32,000 nucleotides of DNA from Synechococcus sp. A15-24. GTDB lineage: Bacteria > Cyanobacteriota > Cyanobacteriia > PCC-6307 > Cyanobiaceae. The position numbers were made by a program, and so were the translations under genes. The notes under the pieces were generated by a model. The model saw nothing but the letters and a program-made list of their open reading frames with translations. It searched no databases and was not told where the DNA came from. The stretch covers positions 570,001-602,000 of the forward strand of contig NZ_CP047960.1 in the NCBI RefSeq assembly GCF_014280195.1, given 5' to 3'. Below, in pieces: positions 1 through 8,190 of the stretch (position 1 is the stretch's first letter; each line of letters opens with the position of its first letter).

Positions 1-1182
<1,182 letters not shown>

Positions 1183-1217
1183 TCACCGCCTCCTGCCATC
1201 CCATCGCTGAACCATCG

Positions 1218-1370
1218 ATGCTTGAGCCCAATGACATTCCCCAGCGTCGTTTGCCACGGTTTGGCTTCCACGGTCACACCGAGAAGCTCAATGGACGTGC
1301 CGCCATGCTTGGTTTCATCACCCTGCTCGCGGTGGAGATCAAGCTTGGCCACGGTCTTTTGATCTGGTGA
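1218..1370 (+). CDS. hli: High-light-inducible protein (HLIP, one-helix CAB/ELIP/HLIP family), 50 aa
   Basis: Hand translation from ATG 1218 gives [50 protein letters not shown], ending at TGA 1368-1370. It carries the chlorophyll-binding motif E-x-x-N-G-R-x-A-M-x-G-F followed by one hydrophobic helix. It falls below the 60-aa cutoff of the ORF track. Confidence 0.85.
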   Translation: MLEPNDIPQRRLPRFGFHGHTEKLNGRAAMLGFITLLAVEIKLGHGLLIW

Positions 1371-2410
1371 GCCAGATGTTGCTCGGTCGCAGCGCGGCCG
1401 AGCTGGAGAGCTGGGCGGTTGCTCAGGGGCAGAAGCCCTTTCGTGGGCGGCAGCTGCACGACTGGCTCTACGCCAAGGGAGCCCGATCCCTGTCGGAGAT
1501 CACCGTCCTGCCGAAGGCTTGGCGGGAGTCTCTCAAGGAAGACGGTGTTGAGGTCGGTCGCCTGAATGAGGTGCATCGCTCGGTTGCCGCAGACGCGACG
1601 ACCAAATTGCTGTTGTCCACCGATGACGGCGAGACGATCGAGACCGTTGGCATCCCCACTGATCAGCGGCTGACGGTCTGTGTGTCCAGCCAGGTGGGCT
1701 GTCCGATGGCCTGCCGTTTCTGCGCCACCGGTAAAGGCGGCCTGCAGCGCTCGCTGCGCACCCACGAGATCGTTGATCAGGTGCTCAGCGTGCGAGAGGT
1801 GATGGATCGCCGGCCCTCCCACATTGTGTTCATGGGCATGGGGGAACCTCTCCTCAACAGCCGGGCAGTTCTCGATGCCATTCGCTGCCTGAATGACGAC
1901 CTCGGGATTGGTCAACGTCGGATCACGGTGAGCACCGTTGGCGTGCCGAAAACCCTTCCGCAGCTGGCCGAGCTGGCTCTGGCGACCCTCGGTCGGGCCC
2001 AGTTCACCCTTGCGGTGAGCCTCCATGCCCCCAACCAAGCGCTGCGGGAAGAGCTCATCCCAACGGCTCATGCCTATCCCTACGGGGCCTTACTGGAGGA
2101 CTGTCGTCACTATCTGGCCGTGACCGGCCGTCGCGTCAGCTTCGAATACATCCTTCTGGGTGGTTTGAACGATGCCCCCGAGCACGCCGCAGAACTGGCC
2201 GATCGGGTGGGAGGGTTCCAGAGCCACGTGAATCTGATTGCCTACAACCCGATTGAAGAGGAGGAGTTTCAACGTCCCACCCGCGCCCGGATTGAGGGCT
2301 TCCAGCGTGTGCTCGAGCGTCGTGGTGTGGCCGTCAGTCTCCGCGCAAGTCGCGGCCTGGATCAGAACGCTGCCTGCGGTCAGTTACGACGTCAACGTCA
2401 GGGCAGCTGA
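1367..2410 (+). CDS. rlmN: 23S rRNA/tRNA adenine-C2 methyltransferase RlmN (radical SAM)
   Basis: 347-aa ORF with the radical-SAM cluster motif [11 protein letters not shown], a GMGEPLLN block and the C-terminal CGQL cysteine. The GTG start at 1367 overlaps the hli stop (GTGA). An alternative ATG lies at 1376. Confidence 0.92.
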   Translation: MSQMLLGRSAAELESWAVAQGQKPFRGRQLHDWLYAKGARSLSEITVLPKAWRESLKEDGVEVGRLNEVHRSVAADATTKLLLSTDDGETIETVGIPTDQRLTVCVSSQVGCPMACRFCATGKGGLQRSLRTHEIVDQVLSVREVMDRRPSHIVFMGMGEPLLNSRAVLDAIRCLNDDLGIGQRRITVSTVGVPKTLPQLAELALATLGRAQFTLAVSLHAPNQALREELIPTAHAYPYGALLEDCRHYLAVTGRRVSFEYILLGGLNDAPEHAAELADRVGGFQSHVNLIAYNPIEEEEFQRPTRARIEGFQRVLERRGVAVSLRASRGLDQNAACGQLRRQRQGS

Positions 2411-2446
2411 GCGGAGCTACCTGAGGGACACTGCGGCCATCTGCTC

Positions 2447-4216
2447 TTGGCTATGGCGCCGATCGACTGGGCTCTGCTCGGGGGCTACCTGGTCCTGACC
2501 CTTGTGCTGGGGCTGTGGCTGGCCCGTCGCAACAGTGGTGAGGAGGACTATTTCGTCGCGGGCCGTCGTCTCAGCGGCTGGCTGGCTGGTGCGTCCATGG
2601 CTGCGACGACGTTTTCCATCGACACCCCCCTCTACGTCGCTGGCCTGATCGGCAGCCGCGGATTGGCGGGGAACTGGGAGTGGTGGAGCTTTGGCCTGGC
2701 TCACGTGGCCATGGCCGTGGTGTTTGCGCCGTTGTGGCGCCGCAGTGGCGTGCTCACTGATGCGGCGTTCACCGAACTTCGTTACGGCGGTCCGGCTGCG
2801 GCCTGGTTGCGGGGGATCAAGGCATTCCTGCTGGCCCTGCCCGTGAACTGCATCGGCATCGGTTACGCCTTTCTGGCCTTGCGCAAGGTTGTGGAAGCGC
2901 TGGGCATCGTCTCCGGAAGCCCGTCGGCCTTCGGTGTGCCCGACACGCTGTGGCTGCTGGCGGTGGTGGCTCTGATGGTGCTGGCTTACACCGTGGCCGG
3001 GGGGCTGTGGGCTGTGGTGGTGACCGACCTGGTTCAGTTGGTGCTGGCTTTGCTCGGAGCTCTCGCTGTCGCTGTCGCGGCGCTGCATGCTGCCGGCGGC
3101 ATGGGGGGACTCCTCGGGCAGCTCGGAGGCATGAATCGCCCGGAGTTGTTGTCTCTGGTCCCCTGGACCATCGAGGACGGGGGCGTGCATTGGTTGGAGG
3201 GGGCCGGCATTTCGGTGCCGATGTTCCTGGCCTACATCGCCGTTCAATGGTGGAGTTTCCGCCGCAGCGACGGCGGTGGTGAATTCATTCAACGCATGCT
3301 GGCCACCCGAGATGAGCAGCAGGCGCGGTTGGCGGGCTGGGTGTTCTTGGTGGTGAACTATCTGGTGCGCAGTTGGCTTTGGGTGGTGGTCGCCCTGGCG
3401 GCTCTGGTGCTGCTTCCCGATCAGGGGGACTGGGAGCTGAGCTACCCCGCCCTGGCGGTGCAACTGCTGCCTCCGGTGGCATTGGGGTTGGTGGTGGTGT
3501 CGCTGGTGGCGGCCTTCATGAGCACGGTGAGCACATCGGTGAACTGGGGCGCCAGTTACCTCACCCACGACCTCTACCAACGCTTCATCCGTCCCAATGC
3601 AGGATCTCGGGAACTGCTGCTGGTGGGGCAGCTCACCACGGTGTTGCTGCTTGGGCTTGGAGTGGTTACGGCATTGATCAGCGACAGCATTGGCACTGTG
3701 TTCCGTCTTGTGATCGCCATCGGCTCTGGGCCTGGCGTCGTTCTGGTTCTGCGTTGGTTCTGGTGGCGGGTGAATGCAGCGGCCGAGCTGGCGGCGATGA
3801 TCTGCGGTTTCATCGTCGGTTTGCTCACTTCGGTGCTGCCCCTCGTGAGAATTGAGGATTACGGCCTGCGGCTGGCGGTGATCACCGGTGTTTCAGCCGT
3901 GGTGTGGCTGAGTGCCATGTTGTTGAGTCCACCGGAATCAGAGGCGGTTCTGGAAACCTTCATCCGGCAGGTGCAGCCTCCCGGCCCCGGTTGGGCGCGA
4001 CTGCGGCAACGCTTCCAGGTGGAGCCTCAGGAGCGCCTATCGACGCTGCTGGCCCGGTTTGTTAGCTCCTGTGGGGTGTTGTTCGGCGGGTTGATCGGCA
4101 TCGGCGGGTTCCTGCTGCATCAGCAGTTCAGTGGTTGGGGCGGTCTTGTGGTGCTGGTGGGCTCATGGCTGCTTATGCGTCGTCTTCCACAGCAGAATGG
4201 CGCTCGAATGGTCTGA
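2447..4216 (+). CDS. Sodium:solute symporter (SSS) family transporter
   Basis: 589-aa polytopic membrane ORF with about 13 or more hydrophobic helices. The N-terminal pattern (EDYFVAGRRLSGW, then SIDTPLYVAG) is typical of SSS-family permeases. Substrate cannot be assigned. Confidence 0.8.
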   Translation: MAMAPIDWALLGGYLVLTLVLGLWLARRNSGEEDYFVAGRRLSGWLAGASMAATTFSIDTPLYVAGLIGSRGLAGNWEWWSFGLAHVAMAVVFAPLWRRSGVLTDAAFTELRYGGPAAAWLRGIKAFLLALPVNCIGIGYAFLALRKVVEALGIVSGSPSAFGVPDTLWLLAVVALMVLAYTVAGGLWAVVVTDLVQLVLALLGALAVAVAALHAAGGMGGLLGQLGGMNRPELLSLVPWTIEDGGVHWLEGAGISVPMFLAYIAVQWWSFRRSDGGGEFIQRMLATRDEQQARLAGWVFLVVNYLVRSWLWVVVALAALVLLPDQGDWELSYPALAVQLLPPVALGLVVVSLVAAFMSTVSTSVNWGASYLTHDLYQRFIRPNAGSRELLLVGQLTTVLLLGLGVVTALISDSIGTVFRLVIAIGSGPGVVLVLRWFWWRVNAAAELAAMICGFIVGLLTSVLPLVRIEDYGLRLAVITGVSAVVWLSAMLLSPPESEAVLETFIRQVQPPGPGWARLRQRFQVEPQERLSTLLARFVSSCGVLFGGLIGIGGFLLHQQFSGWGGLVVLVGSWLLMRRLPQQNGARMV

Positions 4217-4383
4217 CGCCCTTGTCCTTTTTTCGAACAACGCTTTTGCCGGCTCTGATCGTCGTTCTGTTCGCACTGGCGCTGGTCGCCGTCAGCGCCA
4301 GAATCTGGCTCCCGGGAGACATGCTGGCTCCAGCTCCTGTGGGATGACACGGTCTTTTGGGTCGTCTGTTCTGGATTCAACAA

Positions 4384-5187
4384 TCACCAAAGATCTGCAT
4401 TCAACCCCTCGTTTTCATCATTGTTATCGGATGATGAAATACTTTCTTCCTCAACTTCGTTGTCAAGGGCATCATCTTCTGGGATGTCCTTGATGTTGGC
4501 AATGTACCAGCTTTGACACGCCTCAAGGCTTCCGGTGTGAGCGATCTTGCCCTTGTGAAGAACAACACCATCTTGGCAGTGCTGCTGCAAAATGTTGGAA
4601 TCAGTGTGCGCCATGATCAATGACTTTCCCGTAAGACGCTCTCGCAGTGCCTGTTGAAGCTTCAGCAAACGCTCTGATGTGGCATCTGCTTTCCAGGCAA
4701 AAATCTTGGGAATGATATAAACATCAAAATCGAAAGCCAGGGCAACAGCGAGATAAAACCTTGCCCGCATGAACTTGTTGTAAACATGCAGAGGTTTATC
4801 AAAAAAACCTTCCTCAAGATCAGCCAAGGTTTGAATGATCTCGAGATCTTTGCTCCGCTGGCCGCCATGGCCATAGACACCTTGGAGGAAGGCGGCATTC
4901 TGTCGGCCCGTCAACGAACTCAGCAACCCGCCTCGAACACCGAGAGGCCAGCTGACGTTGGTGTTGATCGTTACCTGGCCTTTCTGTACAGATGCAACGC
5001 CGGCTGCGCACTCCAGAAAGGCATGGGCTTCTCGCATGGATGAGGAGATCACCCCCACCCGCTGACCTTCCAGTAATTGCCAAGTGACGTCATTGAGCAA
5101 ACGTTTGGTTGTTTCTTTGCTGCCGCTGACGTCTCGCACCACGCTCTCCAGGCTGAGGAGTGGTCGGGTTGGAGAAGCGAGCATCAT
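4384..5187 (-). CDS. kpsT: KpsT-like polysaccharide-export ABC nucleotide-binding protein with all catalytic motifs degenerate (pseudo-ATPase)
   Basis: 267-aa ORF with KpsT/Wzt-type blocks VSWPLGVRGGLLSSLTGRQN, YNKFMRARFYLAVALAFDFDVYII and SLIMAHTD. Walker A, the Q-loop Gln, the signature SGG and the Walker B D-E are all replaced. It has an acidic C-terminal tail and lower GC than its neighbours. Confidence 0.7.
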   Translation of the reverse strand: MMLASPTRPLLSLESVVRDVSGSKETTKRLLNDVTWQLLEGQRVGVISSSMREAHAFLECAAGVASVQKGQVTINTNVSWPLGVRGGLLSSLTGRQNAAFLQGVYGHGGQRSKDLEIIQTLADLEEGFFDKPLHVYNKFMRARFYLAVALAFDFDVYIIPKIFAWKADATSERLLKLQQALRERLTGKSLIMAHTDSNILQQHCQDGVVLHKGKIAHTGSLEACQSWYIANIKDIPEDDALDNEVEEESISSSDNNDENEGLNADLW

Positions 5188-6260
5188 CCTTGGGAGAAAC
5201 CCTTCTGGCCGGTCTTGACGGTATCGGCGATCAACTGGTCACGTAAAGCTTTGAGTTGACTGCTCTCCCAAGACTGCTGATCCGATGAGATGTCGGGTGG
5301 CAGGTTTTCGGGTTGTGGAGGGAAGAAGTCATCCCACTGCATCGTTGGCCAGAAGCATTGGCAGAAGTCCCTATTCGTCTGCCCGTAGCGATGCCGAATA
5401 GTCGCTCTAAGCTCAGCGTCAAGGCCGTTAAAGGGCTCTTCGGGCCAACGTCGCTCTTTAGCGAGGACCTCGATCGCGTTTCTCAATGCTTTCTTGTGTT
5501 GTCGAAGACATAGTGGGTTCTGTTCAGCACAATAGTTATTGATTGCTTGAGCCAAGGCCACGCCAAGGCGCCCTGGTTGCTGGTTCTTTGAGCGAGCCGG
5601 TAGAGATTGTTCGGCGAGTTTCGCCGGCAGTGGAAGCTCCGCAAGCAGTTGTTCATAGGGGTCAGGCCGTTCGTGGATCGATCGACCATTGAGGTTTTGT
5701 GCGGAACCAAAAGGGATCATTACAGTCTCGATTGAGGGTTCGTCCTTGAGCCAGCTGAACAACGTCATCAAGTCACACTCACTGATGGTGTTCTCGTTCA
5801 TCACTTTCGTCACATACGACTTGAAGTCGACATAAACTTTCAAACGTTTGACCAGTTGGGTGTAACGGGAGTTGAGGTAGCTCTCCTGGTCACGGATAAA
5901 GCCAACGATCTTTAAGCGCCATCCCTGAGACTGCAATTTTTTGGCTAACCAAAGCCCTCTGGGGTGGAGGTTGTCTTTCCCTGGTTTTGTAAGGACCCAG
6001 GACAAAGCTTCATGGGAGACAAGCAGTTGACACTCCATGGCGTCTGCCCGATCCAGCCAACGACGCCATTGTTTCCACGATCCTTTCTTGGTCGCTTGGA
6101 GCAGGATCTTGTCCTGGCGTCTTCGAGCAGGCATCAGTAAACCATGGCGTCGCAGCAGTCCACGGTTTTTGCGCAGGCGCTTCTGGATGTAGGTCGAGGC
6201 GGTCTTGTGCATGCCCACATGCAGCACCACAGTTCGCTCGACGGTTGGCTGCGCGGACAT
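5184..6260 (-). CDS. Sulfotransferase-like P-loop protein (hypothetical, polysaccharide-modification type)
   Basis: Start assigned to the internal ATG at 6260 (MSAQPTVERTVVLHVGMHKTASTYIQ...). The GMHKTAST motif resembles the PAPS 5-prime-phosphosulfate binding loop of sulfotransferase-family proteins. Its stop overlaps the kpsT-like start (ATGA at 5184-5187). The track ORF extends to 6722, but that part runs antisense to the HEAT gene and is Arg/Pro/Ser-rich. Confidence 0.55.
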   Translation of the reverse strand: MSAQPTVERTVVLHVGMHKTASTYIQKRLRKNRGLLRRHGLLMPARRRQDKILLQATKKGSWKQWRRWLDRADAMECQLLVSHEALSWVLTKPGKDNLHPRGLWLAKKLQSQGWRLKIVGFIRDQESYLNSRYTQLVKRLKVYVDFKSYVTKVMNENTISECDLMTLFSWLKDEPSIETVMIPFGSAQNLNGRSIHERPDPYEQLLAELPLPAKLAEQSLPARSKNQQPGRLGVALAQAINNYCAEQNPLCLRQHKKALRNAIEVLAKERRWPEEPFNGLDAELRATIRHRYGQTNRDFCQCFWPTMQWDDFFPPQPENLPPDISSDQQSWESSQLKALRDQLIADTVKTGQKGFSQG

Positions 6261-6334
6261 GAGCGACTCAACGGTGGTTGAATTCTCCCCGATCGACTTG
6301 TTCGTGCGGTGGTTTGTCGCTTTACGATCCGAGT

Positions 6335-7144
6335 ATGAGCGAAAGCGACTCCACGAAACGCGATCAGGGGTTGTCCAGCCTTTCACTGGATCCAGATTTG
6401 CTGGCGGAAGAGCTGGCCGCTGAACAGGACATCGACCCCCTTGATGCGATCGAGCCCGAGGAGTCACAGATCGACTCCCAGGGTGTGGCCAGGGCATGTG
6501 ATCAAGGGCTGGTTTGGCTTCAGCAGGGGCATGACCAGCGACTTCAAGGGTTGAGGATTTTCTGCGAGCACCGGGATCCCCGTGCTGTTCCTCTCCTGCT
6601 CGATTTGTTGAAGCGGCCTTGCCCGGTAGAACGGATGAGTGCCGTTTATGCCCTGGGTCGTAATCCGTCTCCTCCTGCTGTCGAGCCGTTGCTGAGCCTG
6701 CTCCAATCCGATGGCAATGCATACGTTCGCAAGGCCTCGGCCTGGAGCCTGGGAAATTATCCGGATGCTCCGATCCTCAATCCGTTGATACGAGCGCTGC
6801 AGGCCGATGTGGCGGCGGTGCGGATCTGGTGCCCTGGGTCTCTGGCTGAAGCCGGGAGCCGATCACCGGCCAAGGCCGATCCCGCAGCCGGTCAACTCTT
6901 GGTCAGTCTCTCCATCGATAGCGAGCCCGTGGTGCGTAGCAACAGCATCTGGGCGCTTGGTCGTCTTTACGAGCAACTGGTGGCTCCCAGGCAACTGGAG
7001 CTGGTGGAGGCACTGGTGTCTGCTCTGCTCCACGACGGTGAGGTATCTGTCCGCGATGAGGCCCGCACAGCCCTTGAACAACTGGAAGATCCGAGTGTTC
7101 TTGAACGATTGCAGACCTTGATCGATGAAGGCTTCCTGAGCTGA
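6335..7144 (+). CDS. HEAT-repeat protein (PBS-lyase HEAT-like repeats)
   Basis: Repeated A-V-x-A-L-G/R-x-A-x-x-L-G units (RMSAVYALGRNPSPPAVEPLLSLL, YVRKASAWSLGNYPDAPILNPLIRAL, VVRSNSIWALGRL, VRDEARTALEQL). The first ATG in frame is at 6335; the track start at 6278 is a TTG. Confidence 0.8.
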   Translation: MSESDSTKRDQGLSSLSLDPDLLAEELAAEQDIDPLDAIEPEESQIDSQGVARACDQGLVWLQQGHDQRLQGLRIFCEHRDPRAVPLLLDLLKRPCPVERMSAVYALGRNPSPPAVEPLLSLLQSDGNAYVRKASAWSLGNYPDAPILNPLIRALQADVAAVRIWCPGSLAEAGSRSPAKADPAAGQLLVSLSIDSEPVVRSNSIWALGRLYEQLVAPRQLELVEALVSALLHDGEVSVRDEARTALEQLEDPSVLERLQTLIDEGFLS

Positions 7145-7235
7145 TCCGCCGCCAGGCTTCCCGACAACCTGTAACGGAGGTGGCGACGGTCTCAACGGAC
7201 CCCGATTAGCATTCGCCCTTCAACACACTTGTTGG

Positions 7236-7439
7236 ATGCCTCAACGCACCGTTCGTTTCACAATTCGGCCCGATGGTCGCGTGGAGGAACTGGTCGAGGG
7301 GGTGTCTGGCGAAGCGTGTCAGCAGCTCACCGAGCGTCTGGAAGCTGCCCTTGGAACGGTTGAACGTCGGGAATCCACCGCCGAAGCCTTCCATCAACCC
7401 GAGGTTCAGTCCCAGTCCCTTCCGAATCACCTGCACTGA
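7236..7439 (+). CDS. Small conserved cyanobacterial protein (DUF2997-like)
   Basis: 67-aa ORF MPQRTVRFTIRPDGRVEELVEGVSGEACQQLTERLEAALG.... Its stop overlaps the start of the next gene (TGATG at 7437-7441). The family name is recalled from the typical pairing with DUF1257. Confidence 0.65.
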   Translation: MPQRTVRFTIRPDGRVEELVEGVSGEACQQLTERLEAALGTVERRESTAEAFHQPEVQSQSLPNHLH

Positions 7440-7831
7440 TGTCGCACTTCAGCACTGTCAAAACCGAATTGCGTCAAATCGATCCTCTCGTACAGGCGCT
7501 CAACGATCTTGGTTACTCACCGGATCAGGGTGAACGCCCTATTCGTGGCTATCGCGGCCAAACCGTGACTGCTGATCTCGCTGTATCTATGGACAACGGG
7601 GGTGATTTCGGATTCCGTTGGAATGATCAGACAGGTGCCTATGAGCTGGTCACCGACCTCGACTTGTGGAAGCAAACCATTCCCATTGAGCGCTTCCTCT
7701 CGAAGCTGACCCAGCGCTATGCCCTGAATACTGTCCTCAAAGCCAGCGTGACAGAGGGGTTTCAGGTTGCTGAACAGCAGGTCAAACAGGATGGTTCGAT
7801 CGAACTGGTTGTGACCCGCTGGGACGCCTGA
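7439..7831 (+). CDS. ycf35: Ycf35 (DUF1257) protein
   Basis: 130-aa ORF beginning MSHFSTVKTELRQIDPLVQALNDLGY, with the FLSKLTQRYALNTVL block characteristic of cyanobacterial and plastid Ycf35. Confidence 0.8.
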   Translation: MSHFSTVKTELRQIDPLVQALNDLGYSPDQGERPIRGYRGQTVTADLAVSMDNGGDFGFRWNDQTGAYELVTDLDLWKQTIPIERFLSKLTQRYALNTVLKASVTEGFQVAEQQVKQDGSIELVVTRWDA

Positions 7832-8190
7832 GCCAGTCCGATCCGATTGATCCGTCCCTGGCGTTCTCGGCTTCGGTTGACCAGCCGATTGAACTATCCG
7901 GGTGTGAGCCCCAACTCGGGGGCGCTCTTTGCGAAAGGGCGGTATGGGTCGATGAGTCCGTCTGCATCGGCTGTCGTTACTGCGCTCATGTGGCCGGCAA
8001 TACCTTCGTTGTGGAGCCGCACCTAGGACGTTCCAGGGCCATTCGTCAGGACGGCGACAGCACAGAGTGCATTCAGGAAGCCATCGACACCTGTCCTGTC
8101 GATTGCATCCATTGGGTTCCGTTTGAGGATCTCGATACGCTGCATGCCGATCTGATTCGCCAGGATCTGCATCAACGCCCACGGGGTTGA
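7828..8190 (+). CDS. 4Fe-4S ferredoxin-like protein; start codon uncertain (no ATG/GTG/TTG upstream of the first cluster motif)
   Basis: The frame is open from 7774. It reads CIGCRYCAHV (7963-7992) and later DTCPVDCIHW, together the cysteine pattern of a 4Fe-4S ferredoxin domain. The first canonical start, GTG 7990, would remove the first motif. CTG 7828 overlaps the ycf35 stop as CTGA and gives an N-terminus of SQSDPIDPSL.... Confidence 0.65.
   Translation: MSQSDPIDPSLAFSASVDQPIELSGCEPQLGGALCERAVWVDESVCIGCRYCAHVAGNTFVVEPHLGRSRAIRQDGDSTECIQEAIDTCPVDCIHWVPFEDLDTLHADLIRQDLHQRPRG

Larger units (their letters stand above)
4384..6260. other. Low-GC two-gene accessory islet (polysaccharide-related) embedded in core genes
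   Basis: A hand-counted line at 4441-4500 is 47% GC, against about 70% at 3001-3060 in the adjacent symporter gene. Both genes have capsule-type functions. Confidence 0.6.

Noticed and set aside
2417-3580. 387-aa ORF antisense to the symporter gene.
   Set aside because: It has a His/Gln/Arg/Pro-rich low-complexity translation typical of antisense frames in GC-rich DNA. The plus-strand membrane protein explains the region.
4373-6285. Inverted 9-mers flanking the islet (ggattcaac at 4373-4381 and gttgaattc at 6277-6285) as possible insertion scars.
   Set aside because: Only 8 of 9 positions are complementary and the sequences are short. This is within chance expectation, and there is no associated mobility gene.
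6261-6722. 154-aa N-terminal extension of the sulfotransferase-like ORF (track ORF 5184-6722).
   Set aside because: The extension runs antisense through the HEAT-repeat gene, switches to high GC and is Arg/Pro/Ser-rich. The internal ATG 6260 sits just before the conserved P-loop-like motif.
7145-7235. A possible structured RNA or terminator in the gap upstream of the DUF2997-like gene.
   Set aside because: Only imperfect GC-rich complementarity was found (ccgccgcc with ggtggcgacgg). There is no clean stem-loop or T-tract.
7990-8190. The track ORF as the complete ferredoxin gene.
   Set aside because: Starting at GTG 7990 would delete the CIGCRYC cluster-binding motif, which is encoded in frame just upstream. 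The gene must start earlier.
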